A stretch of DNA of 64,000 nucleotides from Myxococcota bacterium (GTDB taxonomy: Bacteria; Myxococcota_A; SURF-8): contig OZ223209.1 in the NCBI GenBank assembly GCA_965140415.1, positions 4,672,001-4,736,000 of the forward strand, in the 5' to 3' direction. Made by a program: the position numbers and the translations under genes. The notes beneath the pieces were generated by a model. It was not told the origin of the DNA, did not search any database, and saw nothing but the letters and a program-made list of their open reading frames with translations. Positions 29,484 to 40,045 of this stretch are shown here, piece by piece. The number at the start of each line of letters is the position of its first letter. Position 1 is the stretch's first letter.

Positions 29484-29741
29484 TTAATGATGATGCGCCC
29501 CTCCACCACAACAAGAGCAGGCACCATGACCAGTATCACCGCCCAAGCCACATTGTGAAGCCTGGCTGCCACAAGGAGGAGCACTGCTTCCTTTGGTTAC
29601 CGTTGCAAATGCAGATAGAATGCGTTTGCCTTCACGAACTCCGCAGATTGGACAGTTCCATTCCACTGTCTCTTGCCCCTGCTTTGCAATTTCTTCGAAA
29701 ATTCGGCCACAACCGGTACAGCGATATTCAAAAATAGGCAT
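29484..29741 (-). CDS. FmdB family zinc-ribbon protein
   Basis: MPIFEYRCTGCG..FE, CPICG, Cys/Gly/His tail. Confidence 0.88.
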   Translation of the reverse strand: MPIFEYRCTGCGRIFEEIAKQGQETVEWNCPICGVREGKRILSAFATVTKGSSAPPCGSQASQCGLGGDTGHGACSCCGGGAHHH

Positions 29742-29756
29742 GCTGGTTTCTCCCAT

Positions 29757-29793
29757 AAAAAAACGTGCCAGGTAAATGAACCTAGCACGCTTT
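29757..29793 (-). terminator. Terminator of the glt operon
   Basis: Minus strand cgtgctaggt-tcattt-acctggcacg followed by a T7 tract. Confidence 0.75.
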
Positions 29794-29816
29794 AAAATTT
29801 CGATCTATGCAGTTGA

Positions 29817-30614
29817 TCAGAAAGTGTACTTCAACATCGGCGCGACATGCATACCGACAGCGGCCAACTGGATGTAGTAATCCACTTCAAGATCCAGACC
29901 GATAGAAAAATGACGCAAGCCGGTGTAATATTCGAAACCTAACCGCAAACCAGCCTGGTAATCCAACTCCGGGAAATCCTCATCGATCAAAGGGTCGCCG
30001 TTTGCATCTTTGGCTACGTTACGCGGGCTATAGGTGATTCCACCTGTAGGGGCCACATACAGTTCCCAGCGCTTGGTTGTGAAGTATTTGATGTTCAATG
30101 CAAGTTGCGTGCGCAGAAGCTGGATATCGCCGGAGATCTTCGCATCGTCGCGAATACCGCCCATGTCATCGCCGATTACATCGGCATTATGAAAAGACGT
30201 CAACACATCCAATTCCAACGACAGCAACCGCTTCATGACATCGTAACCCAGTCCAAAGCCAAACATGAAGCCCAGACCGTTGTTCTTGGTGTCATCGGTG
30301 ATATCACCAGTCAGATAGGTATTCAAGCCAAGACGGCCATTGATAAAGAAGCCTTTTTCAACTTCGTTAAGCTCTTCATCGCCCCAATAAGTTACGACAC
30401 CACGCGAAGCAACAGGAGATTCTTCCGGTTCACTCTCGTCGAATGCATCCAGTTCTTCTTCGGAAATGGCTTCATCACTTAAACTATCGGCACCTTGTCC
30501 GGCGTCTTCTTCCATTTCCTCACCGAAGTCCTCGTCCTCTTCCTGAGCGAACGATGAGAACGGGAAGGTGAACAGAAGGCCCGCCACCAAAATGCATACT
30601 AACCACCGTTTCAT
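29817..30614 (-). CDS. gltH: CglE/GltH-like outer-membrane beta-barrel protein
   Basis: Signal peptide, NEVEKGFF, GFEYYT.LRHFSIG, C-terminal LKYTF; directly after gltG. Confidence 0.75.
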   Translation of the reverse strand: MKRWLVCILVAGLLFTFPFSSFAQEEDEDFGEEMEEDAGQGADSLSDEAISEEELDAFDESEPEESPVASRGVVTYWGDEELNEVEKGFFINGRLGLNTYLTGDITDDTKNNGLGFMFGFGLGYDVMKRLLSLELDVLTSFHNADVIGDDMGGIRDDAKISGDIQLLRTQLALNIKYFTTKRWELYVAPTGGITYSPRNVAKDANGDPLIDEDFPELDYQAGLRLGFEYYTGLRHFSIGLDLEVDYYIQLAAVGMHVAPMLKYTF

Positions 30615-30615
30615 A

Positions 30616-32748
30616 TCAGGTACCCTCTGCTTTGAAGATGAAGGGATAGGTAACGACAACGATACCACCGCCTTTGGGTCTCGGGAAAATGATGCGCTTA
30701 ATGGTTTTCGCTACACATTGTTCAACTTCGAAGTTTTTCATAGTTGAAACTGCGACGATTGAACTAGAAACCGTACCTCTTCCACTGATCGTAAACTTCA
30801 CAGTGATCTTACCGTAGAGTTTCGGGTTCTTGTTCAACTGCTTCTGATAGCAGTAACGAATCTGAGAGTAGTGCTTTTTGATGATCCGAGCGATGATCGA
30901 TTTATCCAGCGCACCGGCGATTGTCGGATTACCCGTTCTGATGTTGATATTTGCACCACGTTTTTTTAAATTACCGGCAGCGCCGATACCGTAGCGACCA
31001 CCTTTGCCGCCCCCACGACCCTTGGTGCCCAGACCACCGATACCCAGGGCAGTACCGCCACCACCAAGACCCGAACCGCGCGATCCCAAACCACCGGCTC
31101 CACGCATATCCAGGCCGCTGATGCCTTCGAGCATACCGAGGTTCTTTTCCAACCCGGCACCCAAGCCACCACCGCCGAACAGACGGTCCATATTTTCCAT
31201 ACCCTGATCCAAGGCTCCGAGAATACCGGAACTGTCCGCAACTTTTTCGTCTTCCAGGCGTTTCTTCTGCGAACCTTCGGTCTTATCGATCTCGGCTTCT
31301 TCCTTACCGACCTTACCTTCTTCACCCAGGGATTTCTCCGGGCTCTGAATTTTTTCTTCCTCCGGCGGAGGAGGCGGTTCTTCCATTTCCACCGGTTCCA
31401 AAACAAGTTTGGCGAAACGTTCAGGCGCGTCCAGAATATCAGCAACCTCCGGAGCCGGAAGCGACTTCAAATAGATGGACATCAGGGTGTAGATCAGGAA
31501 GAACACCACAAACAAGGAAGTGATCGGGTAATCGATTCTTTTTGTAAGTGGTACATGATCAACCTTTTCCAGGTCAACCAGGTGGAAGTAGTACTTCAAT
31601 GGATCGAAGTCATAGGTAATCGCCTGATTCGCTTTCAGCGACATCTGGTAGTGGTTACCTTTACTACTTGCCAAATTTTTGGAAACGGCTTCCTTAAAGG
31701 AGTAGCTGTCTCCGTTTTCCTGCACCGTACCAGTCATTTTGTCGGTGAAGTTTACAGCAAAGCTGCCACTTCCACCCGCCTGCGAAACTGTAAACGTTTC
31801 TTCCGGCAACAGTTCGGTATTGATGAACAGGGTGTTCGCTTTTTTCTCACCAGCAGTGATATTCTGAGGTTTGGCGAACTGATGCACGGTCAGAAGTGTT
31901 GTATCCCAAACAACTTCACGAATCTCTAAAACGGCATCCTTCGATTTCGGGACGACGTGTTTAGCGGGAATGGCTTCCAAATCATAGGCAACGAATTTCT
32001 TCCGGGCTTTTGCCTTTTTAGCTTCAAAAGCGGCCTGCTTTTCCTTCAGCGCTTTCTCTTCTTCTTTGGCAATTGCGCCTTTGGATTTTCCGGATTTTTT
32101 ATCCTTTTTACCACTCTTGGCTTCAACCGCTTTTTCCTCAGCAGGCGCTTCCTCTACAGGAGCGGCTTCTTCCACCGGAGCGGCTTCTTCCACCGGAGCA
32201 GTTTCTTCTGCCGTGGCGGCTTCTTCCACCGGAGCAGCTTCTTCTGCCGGAGCGGCTTCTTCCACCGGAGCAGCTTCTTCTGCCGGAGCGGCTTCTTCTG
32301 CCGGAGCGGCTTCTTCTTCCGGGGCGGCTTCTTCTGCCGGAACGGCTTCTTCTGCCGGAGCAGCTTCTTCCACCGGAGCGGCTTCTTCCGCTGGAGCTTC
32401 AGGCTCAGCGGCTACCGCTGCTTGCTCTTCTTCGGCGTCGTTGATGCCTGTTACATCGATAGTGACATCACCGATGGTGATCCGATCTCCGACTTGCAGC
32501 TTCTGCTTATTGACCTTTTTATCATTGACAAAGGTGCCAGATGAAGATCCAAGGTCCATCACGAAGATATCGTTGCCACGCGATGCATCAATCATCGCAT
32601 GTACATCCGAAACCTTATCTCCCGTGATTTTTAGATCAGCAGTATCGCCGGATCCAACCGTTACACTTTCCTGTGTAAAGGTTTCCTTCCGTCCATCCTG
32701 GCCTTGCTCCTGGATCGACAACGCAAGGTTTAACTTCTTGTCCGCCAT
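30616..32748 (-). CDS. gltG: GltG/PglI-like FHA-TM-TonB-C protein
   Basis: N-terminal FHA (DLGSSSGTFVN), single TM, Gly-rich linker, IRYCYQKQL..P..G..FPRPKGGG.V.V.YPFIF. Confidence 0.85.
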   Translation of the reverse strand: MADKKLNLALSIQEQGQDGRKETFTQESVTVGSGDTADLKITGDKVSDVHAMIDASRGNDIFVMDLGSSSGTFVNDKKVNKQKLQVGDRITIGDVTIDVTGINDAEEEQAAVAAEPEAPAEEAAPVEEAAPAEEAVPAEEAAPEEEAAPAEEAAPAEEAAPVEEAAPAEEAAPVEEAATAEETAPVEEAAPVEEAAPVEEAPAEEKAVEAKSGKKDKKSGKSKGAIAKEEEKALKEKQAAFEAKKAKARKKFVAYDLEAIPAKHVVPKSKDAVLEIREVVWDTTLLTVHQFAKPQNITAGEKKANTLFINTELLPEETFTVSQAGGSGSFAVNFTDKMTGTVQENGDSYSFKEAVSKNLASSKGNHYQMSLKANQAITYDFDPLKYYFHLVDLEKVDHVPLTKRIDYPITSLFVVFFLIYTLMSIYLKSLPAPEVADILDAPERFAKLVLEPVEMEEPPPPPEEEKIQSPEKSLGEEGKVGKEEAEIDKTEGSQKKRLEDEKVADSSGILGALDQGMENMDRLFGGGGLGAGLEKNLGMLEGISGLDMRGAGGLGSRGSGLGGGGTALGIGGLGTKGRGGGKGGRYGIGAAGNLKKRGANINIRTGNPTIAGALDKSIIARIIKKHYSQIRYCYQKQLNKNPKLYGKITVKFTISGRGTVSSSIVAVSTMKNFEVEQCVAKTIKRIIFPRPKGGGIVVVTYPFIFKAEGT
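32136..32392. repeat. 18-bp coding tandem repeat (EEAAP[A/V], about 13-14 units) in gltG
   Basis: agcggcttcttccaccgg-type units in tandem. Confidence 0.85.
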
Positions 32749-32781
32749 GTAAAGCCTCGTTTTCCTTAGCGTTAACCAAGT

Positions 32782-33039
32782 TTATTTCAAAACGTCCACT
32801 GATTTGAACATTTCCTGCTCAAAATTCTTTCGAACCTTGATCAGATTTTTAAAGTTCAGCTCGCGACGCTCTGTGATGTATGCACCAGCAGGCTTTTTCA
32901 GCTCGCCTTCAAGTAAAACATCCTCAAAATCAATCACGGTTTTTTTCCGATAGCGGACATCATCGGCCAGCAAACTACTTGAAAGAAGCAGTTGCATCCC
33001 TGCCAACAGTAACAGTCCTACAGCAATTTTTCTTATCAT
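32782..33039 (-). CDS. gltF: CglF/GltF-like small secreted protein
   Basis: Signal peptide then YRKKTVIDFEDV..EGEL.KP.G.Y..R...F.NLIK.R.NF. Confidence 0.85.
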   Translation of the reverse strand: MIRKIAVGLLLLAGMQLLLSSSLLADDVRYRKKTVIDFEDVLLEGELKKPAGAYITERRELNFKNLIKVRKNFEQEMFKSVDVLK

Positions 33040-33073
33040 GACGACCTCCGGTGTGAACCGAATTAACCATCCG

Positions 33074-33102
33074 TTTATACGTGCCAACTAAACAATTGTC
33101 AA
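33074..33102 (-). promoter_or_regulatory. Internal sigma70 promoter upstream of gltF
   Basis: TTGACA (33102-33097)-17 bp-TATAAA (33079-33074). Confidence 0.65.
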
Positions 33103-33149
33103 GAATACGGTATACACAAAGTTAGGGAACCCGTGCGAATCTTATCGCA

Positions 33150-34772
33150 CTATTCCGCAGGCTTTTCAGCGGCTTGTTCCGCTGGTTGTTCAGCAGCCGG
33201 CTCTGCGGCAGGCTGTTCCGCCGGTTTCTCGACAGCTGGCTCTGCGGCAGGCTTCTCAGCCGGTTTTTCAGCAGCCGGTTCTGCGGCTGGTTGTTCCGCC
33301 GGTTTCTCAGCAGCCGGTTCTGCGGCTGGTTGTTCTGCCGGTTTCTCGGCAGCCGGTTCTGCGGCTGGTTGTTCCACCGGTTTCTCAGCAGCCGGTTCTT
33401 CGGCAGGCTGTTCAGCCGGTTTTTCTTCTGCTTGCTTCTCAGCCGGTTGCTCGGCAGCAGGCTGCTCTGCAGGTTGTTCCGTTTGCTGACCATCAGCAGG
33501 CTGTTCGGCTGGCTGACCTTCTTCAGTCTGAGCCGGAGCATTCGGATCTTCAGGCATTTGCTCTTGTCGTTGCGGCGGCTCTTCCTGCTGCTCAACCATA
33601 ACTTCCAATTGCAGATAAAAACGTGCCTTCTCGTTTTTCTTCTGATCCGGATAATTCAAAGTCAGGAAATGCCTGAAAGCATTATGAGCTTCGGTCTGCA
33701 TCTTCAAGTGATCGAAATAAACAATACCGATGTTGAACGCAGCAACCACGTCATTCGGATCTACTTTCAGCACATCCTGATAGATACGCAATGCTTTTTT
33801 GGCTTTCCCCAAGCCTGTCAAGCACTCTGCCAGACCTAGACGCGCTTCACGATGACTGGGATCCTCTGAAATAACGAATTCGTAATGCGAAATCGCAGAC
33901 TCGAAATCGTTGTATTCCAAAGCAATATGACCCAGGTTCAAATTAGCCGAAACCTGACGAGGATCGATTTCGTGCGCTTTACGGAAGTTAGCCACGGCGC
34001 GATCACGATCACCCATCTTCAAATAGATTAAACCAAGGTTGTTATACAGACCGGCATCCGGTTTTTTTTTCACGTTCTCTTGAGCCTGAATACCGTTGAC
34101 TGTAACCATGCGTGCCAACAGGATTTTATCCTGAGCGAGATAAAGCAGGCCTAGGTTATTGAATGCACCAGGATGCGCAGGATCTTTCACGAAGATTTTA
34201 CGAATCTGCACCATCGCGTCGTCATAACGCTTCTCGCCACGCAGAATCGTTGCCGCATTCGTGCGCATTTCCAGATTATTGGGATGCGCTTCCAGGAATT
34301 TCGTGTATAGAGCAAGCGCTTCCGGTCCACGATTTTTCTGTATCAGTAGCCGTCCCATAGCCAGCACAGGCTTGGCATTTTCCGGATCTTTAGCCATTTC
34401 CGATTCGAAAATCTCCTGTGCTTTCTGCAACTCACCCATTTTCATGTAGGCCAAGCCAATGTTGAATTGCAAACCCGGAATCGGCTCTCCAACTTCTTTT
34501 TGTGCTGCATTATAATACTTAATTACTTCGGCGTAATCCACTTTGGAAGCCGCCAACAGCTTGTTGGCACGATTGATATAGCCTTCCGCCCTTTCCTTCG
34601 GGGTGGTCGCCATCCGCAGGCACTTTCCGGCGCTGCAGTAATAATTCACCTTACAATCGTCATCGATCTGACACTCTGGCGGCGGCTCTTTTACTTTGGG
34701 TTCACACCCTGTGAGTAAACCAAGTCCCATTGCCACCACGACGATCAAAGCGAGCAAATACAGACGCCTCAT
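33150..34772 (-). CDS. gltE: GltE/AglT-like TPR lipoprotein
   Basis: LTGC lipobox, multiple TPRs (NNLG), Pro/Ala/Glu tail; between gltD and gltF. Confidence 0.75.
   Translation of the reverse strand: MRRLYLLALIVVVAMGLGLLTGCEPKVKEPPPECQIDDDCKVNYYCSAGKCLRMATTPKERAEGYINRANKLLAASKVDYAEVIKYYNAAQKEVGEPIPGLQFNIGLAYMKMGELQKAQEIFESEMAKDPENAKPVLAMGRLLIQKNRGPEALALYTKFLEAHPNNLEMRTNAATILRGEKRYDDAMVQIRKIFVKDPAHPGAFNNLGLLYLAQDKILLARMVTVNGIQAQENVKKKPDAGLYNNLGLIYLKMGDRDRAVANFRKAHEIDPRQVSANLNLGHIALEYNDFESAISHYEFVISEDPSHREARLGLAECLTGLGKAKKALRIYQDVLKVDPNDVVAAFNIGIVYFDHLKMQTEAHNAFRHFLTLNYPDQKKNEKARFYLQLEVMVEQQEEPPQRQEQMPEDPNAPAQTEEGQPAEQPADGQQTEQPAEQPAAEQPAEKQAEEKPAEQPAEEPAAEKPVEQPAAEPAAEKPAEQPAAEPAAEKPAEQPAAEPAAEKPAEKPAAEPAVEKPAEQPAAEPAAEQPAEQAAEKPAE
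33175..33420. repeat. 39-bp coding tandem repeat (PAEQPAAEPAAEK, about 6 units) in gltE
   Basis: gccggttctgcggctggttgttc-type units at 39-bp period. Confidence 0.8.
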
Positions 34773-34883
34773 GTCATTCCACCTCTATACGATGTATCGC
34801 AATCATTCGATTCATAGTTACTTCAGGTTAGGTATGCTTCTAATTATAGATGAGAGCACACCATGTTCCAAAATACCATCCGA

Positions 34884-37800
34884 TCACTGAACTGTTGTAG
34901 CCTGCTCACCTGAGTTCGAATCACTTCCTTCAGCATTTTGATCGGTTTGACCTTCGCTGCCAGGTTGCGGCGCGGTTCTGATACGTTTCGGCGCAACATC
35001 CGGAACATCAAGCGCGAGCAGGAAAGTCGCTCCGAATAACGAGTCACTTTCGAAACCGGGCTTAAACTTGATTTCATTAACCGGCTTGTAAATGTCCGGC
35101 ACGTAACCTTCCAGTTCCTGGCGAGCTTTGATGGTATAATCGTTATACACACCCGTTTTATAGGCAGTTTTCAGGCACTTATCGTAACCTTCCAAGGCCT
35201 TTTGCTCAATCGGTTCTGCACGCTGGTACAACTTGTCCTGATAAATCACTTCCTGGTCCATCGTCAACCAATACGGGACTTCAGAATTGAACAGGGCCAA
35301 CGAGTAATACTTGTAGATCTGACCGATCTGATACAACGCAGCAACCGACCACTGTGGAGATTTCAACGCAATGATTTCTTCGTAGGCTTTTTGCAGATCC
35401 AAAACCATCTTCGATTTCTCGTTTAGGATCTCACCCATGCGCTTGTTCCATTTGTCTTTAGACATGCGACGACCCACGCGCAGCCTATAAGCGGCATACT
35501 TCTGGAACGCGGGTTGAATAGCCACAAACGAGGCCTCTGCAACAGCCTCACGTGCAGGCTCTCCGACAGGTTTATCCGTGTCGCATTTGCCGAGCTTCAA
35601 TATCGTCACGTAAGACGCATCGATATCGGACTGTCTTTTCTGGCGCTTGTAAATCTCCAGCAGTTGAATATGTGCCGCATAAATGCGATTGGCGTCACCT
35701 TTGATTTTTCCGCGCTTCAAGAGCTTATCAGTCTTTTTCTCAAAGGTCGGCCACGTGATGTCACCTTTACGACCTTTCAAGTATGCCTTAAATTGTTTCT
35801 CGGCATTTTTGTCATCATCGACATCCAAGTACATGAAAGGAATGGAGAAGGCGATAAAGTCTTTTTCTTCTTCATCCTTGGAAAGCTTTGCATACTTCTG
35901 CTTCAGATCCACAGCTTTTTGCGTATGACCGAGATTTTCATGGAAAATCGCCGCGTTATACATCGCTACGGACAGATCCTTACCCTTCGGATATTTCTTC
36001 TGGTATTCCTCATAGCGATCAGCAGCTTGATCGTAATAAGCTAACGCTTCGTAATTCTTGCCCAATTTGAACAACACATCGCCTGCGAAAGGAGACTTCG
36101 GTTCTTCTTTCAGGAACTTCTTCTGGACTTCGATGGATTTCTCCAACTCACCAGCTGCAACGTAATGCACCGAAGCGTTGTAAAGAGCTTTATCACGCAT
36201 CTTCGATCTCGGAAATTCTTTACAGAATTCCAAGTATTCTTCCGCCGCCACAACCCAGCGTTTTTCTTTTTCGGTCACTTCAACCTTTTTAAAGGAAGAT
36301 TTCTCGAGCAAGGCAACGAGGTCTCGACGGAAGGCCGCACGACGCACCAAACGCTTGTTCTTGAGATACGCACGCACGGTATCATTCAGTTTTCGCCATT
36401 GCTGCGCGATATTCAATGAGTCAAGCACCAAGTTAGCGGCATATTCAGCCAGACGATGCGTGGGATAGTCCTTCACGATCAGCTGGAAACGATCAACCGC
36501 TTCCGGGAAATGGTTGTGTGCATAGTAAATAATGGCCACTTTATAAATGATGTCGACCTTATATTTACTTTTAGGAATGTTATCGATGTAGATATTACAG
36601 GCCTTAACGAAGCCCTGGACGTTCTCTGAAAGCTCTCTTTTTGAGAATTGCTCACGCTGAGCGCTTTCTTTCTCTTCTTCCGCCTTGGTTTGGGCCAGCT
36701 TGTAACTCTTGTCTTTACGTTTCGAACGTTTCTTCGTGTCGCTAATCCAAGACTTGATCTCTTCATGGACAAGTTTTTCATAGGACAAAATAGCAGAGTA
36801 AGACGCTTCCTCGAAGTGCTTACCCTTCGGGTCCATTTCAGCGACCTTGGTATACCACTCACCTGCCATCTTGTAATTATCACGCCGATACAACAATTCT
36901 GCGTAGTTGAAGCAAACGTTGTAGTAGGTCTTGGACTTCTGGAAGTACTGGATATAAATTTCGTACAACTTCTGGGTTTTATCCCAAGTTGCCTGGTTGT
37001 TGATCTTCAAAGATTCCTTGTGATACTCGACAACCGTTTTGATCAACATACGCTCAGCATTTTCCCAGGCTTCTTCAATTCGCTCAGCATCTTTTTCCTG
37101 GTTGGCTTTTACCCATTCCGACTCTTCCGCCGGTTTGGCATAATACACCATATTCAGGATTTCTTTCGTGGTGTTTTCTTTGTCGTTTAGGTTCGAATAG
37201 GCTTCTACGATCTTGAGCTGGAAATCGGCATCATCGCGATGTAACGGATAATCGTTAATCAAGCGCTTGTAAATCGCAATTGAGCCGGGGAATTTACCCT
37301 GGTTGGTATAAATGTCTGCCAAACGGACGAGCATCATGCGGAAATACTTTTTACCGCCGATTTTCATGAAATAACGCTCAGCTTCCTCGACATTGCCTTC
37401 TTCTGCAAAGGCCATGACAAGGTCTTTCAGCGCTTCTTCTTTCAAGGTAATCTGCGATTTTCCACCTTTTGTTTGCTCTTCAGACCAAGCAACAACTTCT
37501 TTGAACGTTTCAATGGCATCAACATACTTGCCAAGGTTGAAATAGCACCAGCCGATTTTGTACTTGGCATAACCGAACACTTTGCTGCTGTCGTACTTAA
37601 GAACTTCTTCGTAAGCCGGCATGGCATCGTAAACATTGTTATGCGAGAAATAGTAATCACCGATGGCCATCCAGGTATCTGCTACGAATGAACTTTGCGG
37701 GAATTCACGCACCAGCTTTTTATAAAAGCGAACAGCGTCTGCATCCCGACCAATCTCATTGAGGTTATATCCCATGAAGAAATAAACCTCATCCATCCCC

Positions 37801-38363
37801 TGATACTGAGGATAACGGTCGATAATAATTTCACAAACTTCAACCGCTTTACGATTATAGCGGAACCAAACCTCATTGTCCGGCTCTGCAGGCGGATCGC
37901 CCTTTTGACCAGCTTCGAACCACTGATCCATCTTTCCTTGATGCTCGCGCATCTTGTCCAAGTTCAACTGGTGCGATTTTTTCCAGTAGAATTCGGCGAG
38001 CCGACGTAACGTGCCCGGCTCCTGGAAGTTTTCAAGGATCGTCATCAGCTTGGCGATAGACTCATCAATCTTGACACCGACAGCAGAAGTCAGCTTTACA
38101 TCGTCTTTCACCTTCAAGGTTTCCAGATCGATCTTGCCTTCTTTCTTGTCTTTTCCAAGTGCCTGATCGAGTTCGTCCTGTTGCTGCTTCTTCTGATCGT
38201 CTTTCTTCTGTTTACTGCGACGACTACGGCGCTTTTTACGCGCCGCCTCGGCGGCACATTGCTCAGGAAAGATCATAACCTCGCCTGCCGCAAAGGAAAG
38301 TGCGACCAACAAAGCAATGCAAACAACGATTACCTGATTTTTCAAAATCGCGGGCATTCTCAT
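34884..38363 (-). CDS. gltD: GltD/AgmU-like large TPR protein
   Basis: 1159 aa, RLAEFYW, YKIGWCYFNLG, LKEEALKDL, A.L.LDSLN, W.VAALYQIG; operon position. Confidence 0.8.
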   Translation of the reverse strand: MRMPAILKNQVIVVCIALLVALSFAAGEVMIFPEQCAAEAARKKRRSRRSKQKKDDQKKQQQDELDQALGKDKKEGKIDLETLKVKDDVKLTSAVGVKIDESIAKLMTILENFQEPGTLRRLAEFYWKKSHQLNLDKMREHQGKMDQWFEAGQKGDPPAEPDNEVWFRYNRKAVEVCEIIIDRYPQYQGMDEVYFFMGYNLNEIGRDADAVRFYKKLVREFPQSSFVADTWMAIGDYYFSHNNVYDAMPAYEEVLKYDSSKVFGYAKYKIGWCYFNLGKYVDAIETFKEVVAWSEEQTKGGKSQITLKEEALKDLVMAFAEEGNVEEAERYFMKIGGKKYFRMMLVRLADIYTNQGKFPGSIAIYKRLINDYPLHRDDADFQLKIVEAYSNLNDKENTTKEILNMVYYAKPAEESEWVKANQEKDAERIEEAWENAERMLIKTVVEYHKESLKINNQATWDKTQKLYEIYIQYFQKSKTYYNVCFNYAELLYRRDNYKMAGEWYTKVAEMDPKGKHFEEASYSAILSYEKLVHEEIKSWISDTKKRSKRKDKSYKLAQTKAEEEKESAQREQFSKRELSENVQGFVKACNIYIDNIPKSKYKVDIIYKVAIIYYAHNHFPEAVDRFQLIVKDYPTHRLAEYAANLVLDSLNIAQQWRKLNDTVRAYLKNKRLVRRAAFRRDLVALLEKSSFKKVEVTEKEKRWVVAAEEYLEFCKEFPRSKMRDKALYNASVHYVAAGELEKSIEVQKKFLKEEPKSPFAGDVLFKLGKNYEALAYYDQAADRYEEYQKKYPKGKDLSVAMYNAAIFHENLGHTQKAVDLKQKYAKLSKDEEEKDFIAFSIPFMYLDVDDDKNAEKQFKAYLKGRKGDITWPTFEKKTDKLLKRGKIKGDANRIYAAHIQLLEIYKRQKRQSDIDASYVTILKLGKCDTDKPVGEPAREAVAEASFVAIQPAFQKYAAYRLRVGRRMSKDKWNKRMGEILNEKSKMVLDLQKAYEEIIALKSPQWSVAALYQIGQIYKYYSLALFNSEVPYWLTMDQEVIYQDKLYQRAEPIEQKALEGYDKCLKTAYKTGVYNDYTIKARQELEGYVPDIYKPVNEIKFKPGFESDSLFGATFLLALDVPDVAPKRIRTAPQPGSEGQTDQNAEGSDSNSGEQATTVQ

Positions 38364-38380
38364 TCGCCTTTAGTTCTTGG

Positions 38381-40018
38381 TTACTGACATTCTTGCTCGA
38401 CGGCCATGATGTAGTATCCCAGCTCGTCTTTCCAATACTCACCCTCGAAAGGCCAGTAATGGTACGAATCGGGCACGGCAGGCGACAACAACAGTTCTTC
38501 CTGTTCCTGAACCTGGGACTGGAATCCCACACCAAACCGGGCCGCTTCTTCCAAGCGACGACGCTCGGCGTCCGTCAACTCGAAATCGATGTTGTGCGCA
38601 TTACCCAACAGTTGGGCAATCATTCTTTCAACGTTCTTCAATTCGTTCAGCGCCCAACGTCCACCCTTTTTCTTGATGTTCTGACGCTGACGGATCATTT
38701 TCTTTTGCGTGGAAGCAAAGAACTCCGTGTTACGGAAATCCGCCGGCATTTCATTCATACGCTGGAATTCACTGTCGATTTCCTGCGCATGCTGGAAGAA
38801 ACCAAGGAAACGCACATCATTTAACACGTGAGTCAACACCTGAATCGGAAGCTCCGTCTCTTCATTATCATAGGCGGCTTCGTACTGATTCAGAAGATCT
38901 TCATACACCATAACCGGATCGGCAGTGGCTTTCTCGCCACCTAAATATGCTTTAAGCCGCTGGTGCATATCACCATAGACGGACAAGAAGCTGTCCAAAG
39001 TTTCACGCGCCTGACCATATTTGCACAGCGTATACCAGGTGATCGCTTCGATCAGATACACTTCAGGCACGAAGCGATCATCGAAGTAAGGACTGGTCAA
39101 AGTCAGGCTGGCACCTAAAGAGATTCCATATCGACCAATCATGGTCGCTGACCAGGTTTTCTCGAACTGCGCTTCAAACCACTGCGGGTTTTCACGGTCG
39201 ACCTGATCGTAAAACTCGATGGCCGCTTTGAAAATGCTTTCCTTCTGATCTGCGGGAGCGTCGTGAGCAGCAGCATAGAACAACTGTCCAACAGCCAACT
39301 TGCTCATTTCCTTGACTTTACGGGATTCGCCGAACTCGGCAGCGACAACCGGCAATCCCTGAATCAGATCGAAGGTTTCCTTGGCCTTTTCATATTCCTT
39401 GCGCTTGACCTCAATGATGCCTTTAAAATAGTTAGCTTTGGCGTAGAACGCGGAACGCTCATCCACCTGGCTGAACTTGATGTAAGCCTCATCATACTGT
39501 CCCTGATAGAAGAACATCTTGCCAACGAGGTAGATCAACTCGTTACGGAACTTCTTCGGGAACTTTTCAAGTGGAATATTCGACAAAACGGCAAAGATGA
39601 CCGTCTCGTCGTGGGTCTCATAAGTGATCGCCAGCAACTTGATCAGCGCAGATGTGAAATAAGCGCTGCCTTCCGGGCCTTTGAACAAAATCTTCGTCAG
39701 TTCGTACTGACAGGCCTGATAAAGATTCAGGCGATAGAGAGACTCGGTAAAGTAGTACTGAGCCGTTTCGTGCAGTGCGCGCCAGTCCTGGTTTTGCAGC
39801 ACGTTGTAAAAGCCTGTCGCCGCCTTGTAATACTGCTCGTCGTTGTAGGCCATGATGGCTTCCTGAACGGCGGTCGGCATTTTGGCGAACTTGCCTTGTG
39901 TGATCGTAATCTTATCGTAGCGAGTCATCAAGCGCTCGCGCGCCGACTGCTCGGCACAAGCCGAGGCCAGCAACACCAACGTCAAGGTGAGGATCAATAC
40001 GGGAAGAACGCGTTTCAT
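38381..40018 (-). CDS. gltC: GltC-like TPR (lipo)protein
   Basis: C-terminal YWPFEGEYWKDELGYY; SPYF....PE. Confidence 0.85.
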   Translation of the reverse strand: MKRVLPVLILTLTLVLLASACAEQSARERLMTRYDKITITQGKFAKMPTAVQEAIMAYNDEQYYKAATGFYNVLQNQDWRALHETAQYYFTESLYRLNLYQACQYELTKILFKGPEGSAYFTSALIKLLAITYETHDETVIFAVLSNIPLEKFPKKFRNELIYLVGKMFFYQGQYDEAYIKFSQVDERSAFYAKANYFKGIIEVKRKEYEKAKETFDLIQGLPVVAAEFGESRKVKEMSKLAVGQLFYAAAHDAPADQKESIFKAAIEFYDQVDRENPQWFEAQFEKTWSATMIGRYGISLGASLTLTSPYFDDRFVPEVYLIEAITWYTLCKYGQARETLDSFLSVYGDMHQRLKAYLGGEKATADPVMVYEDLLNQYEAAYDNEETELPIQVLTHVLNDVRFLGFFQHAQEIDSEFQRMNEMPADFRNTEFFASTQKKMIRQRQNIKKKGGRWALNELKNVERMIAQLLGNAHNIDFELTDAERRRLEEAARFGVGFQSQVQEQEELLLSPAVPDSYHYWPFEGEYWKDELGYYIMAVEQECQ

Positions 40019-40045
40019 CTCGTCCTACTCCTTCAACACCGGAAA

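Noticed and set aside
32066-33839. Repeat-rich ORFs on other frames (GAASS, PERLLL, AAGCS) or a CRISPR-like array
   Set aside because: Translations of the gltG/gltE coding repeats; there are no unique spacers and no cas genes
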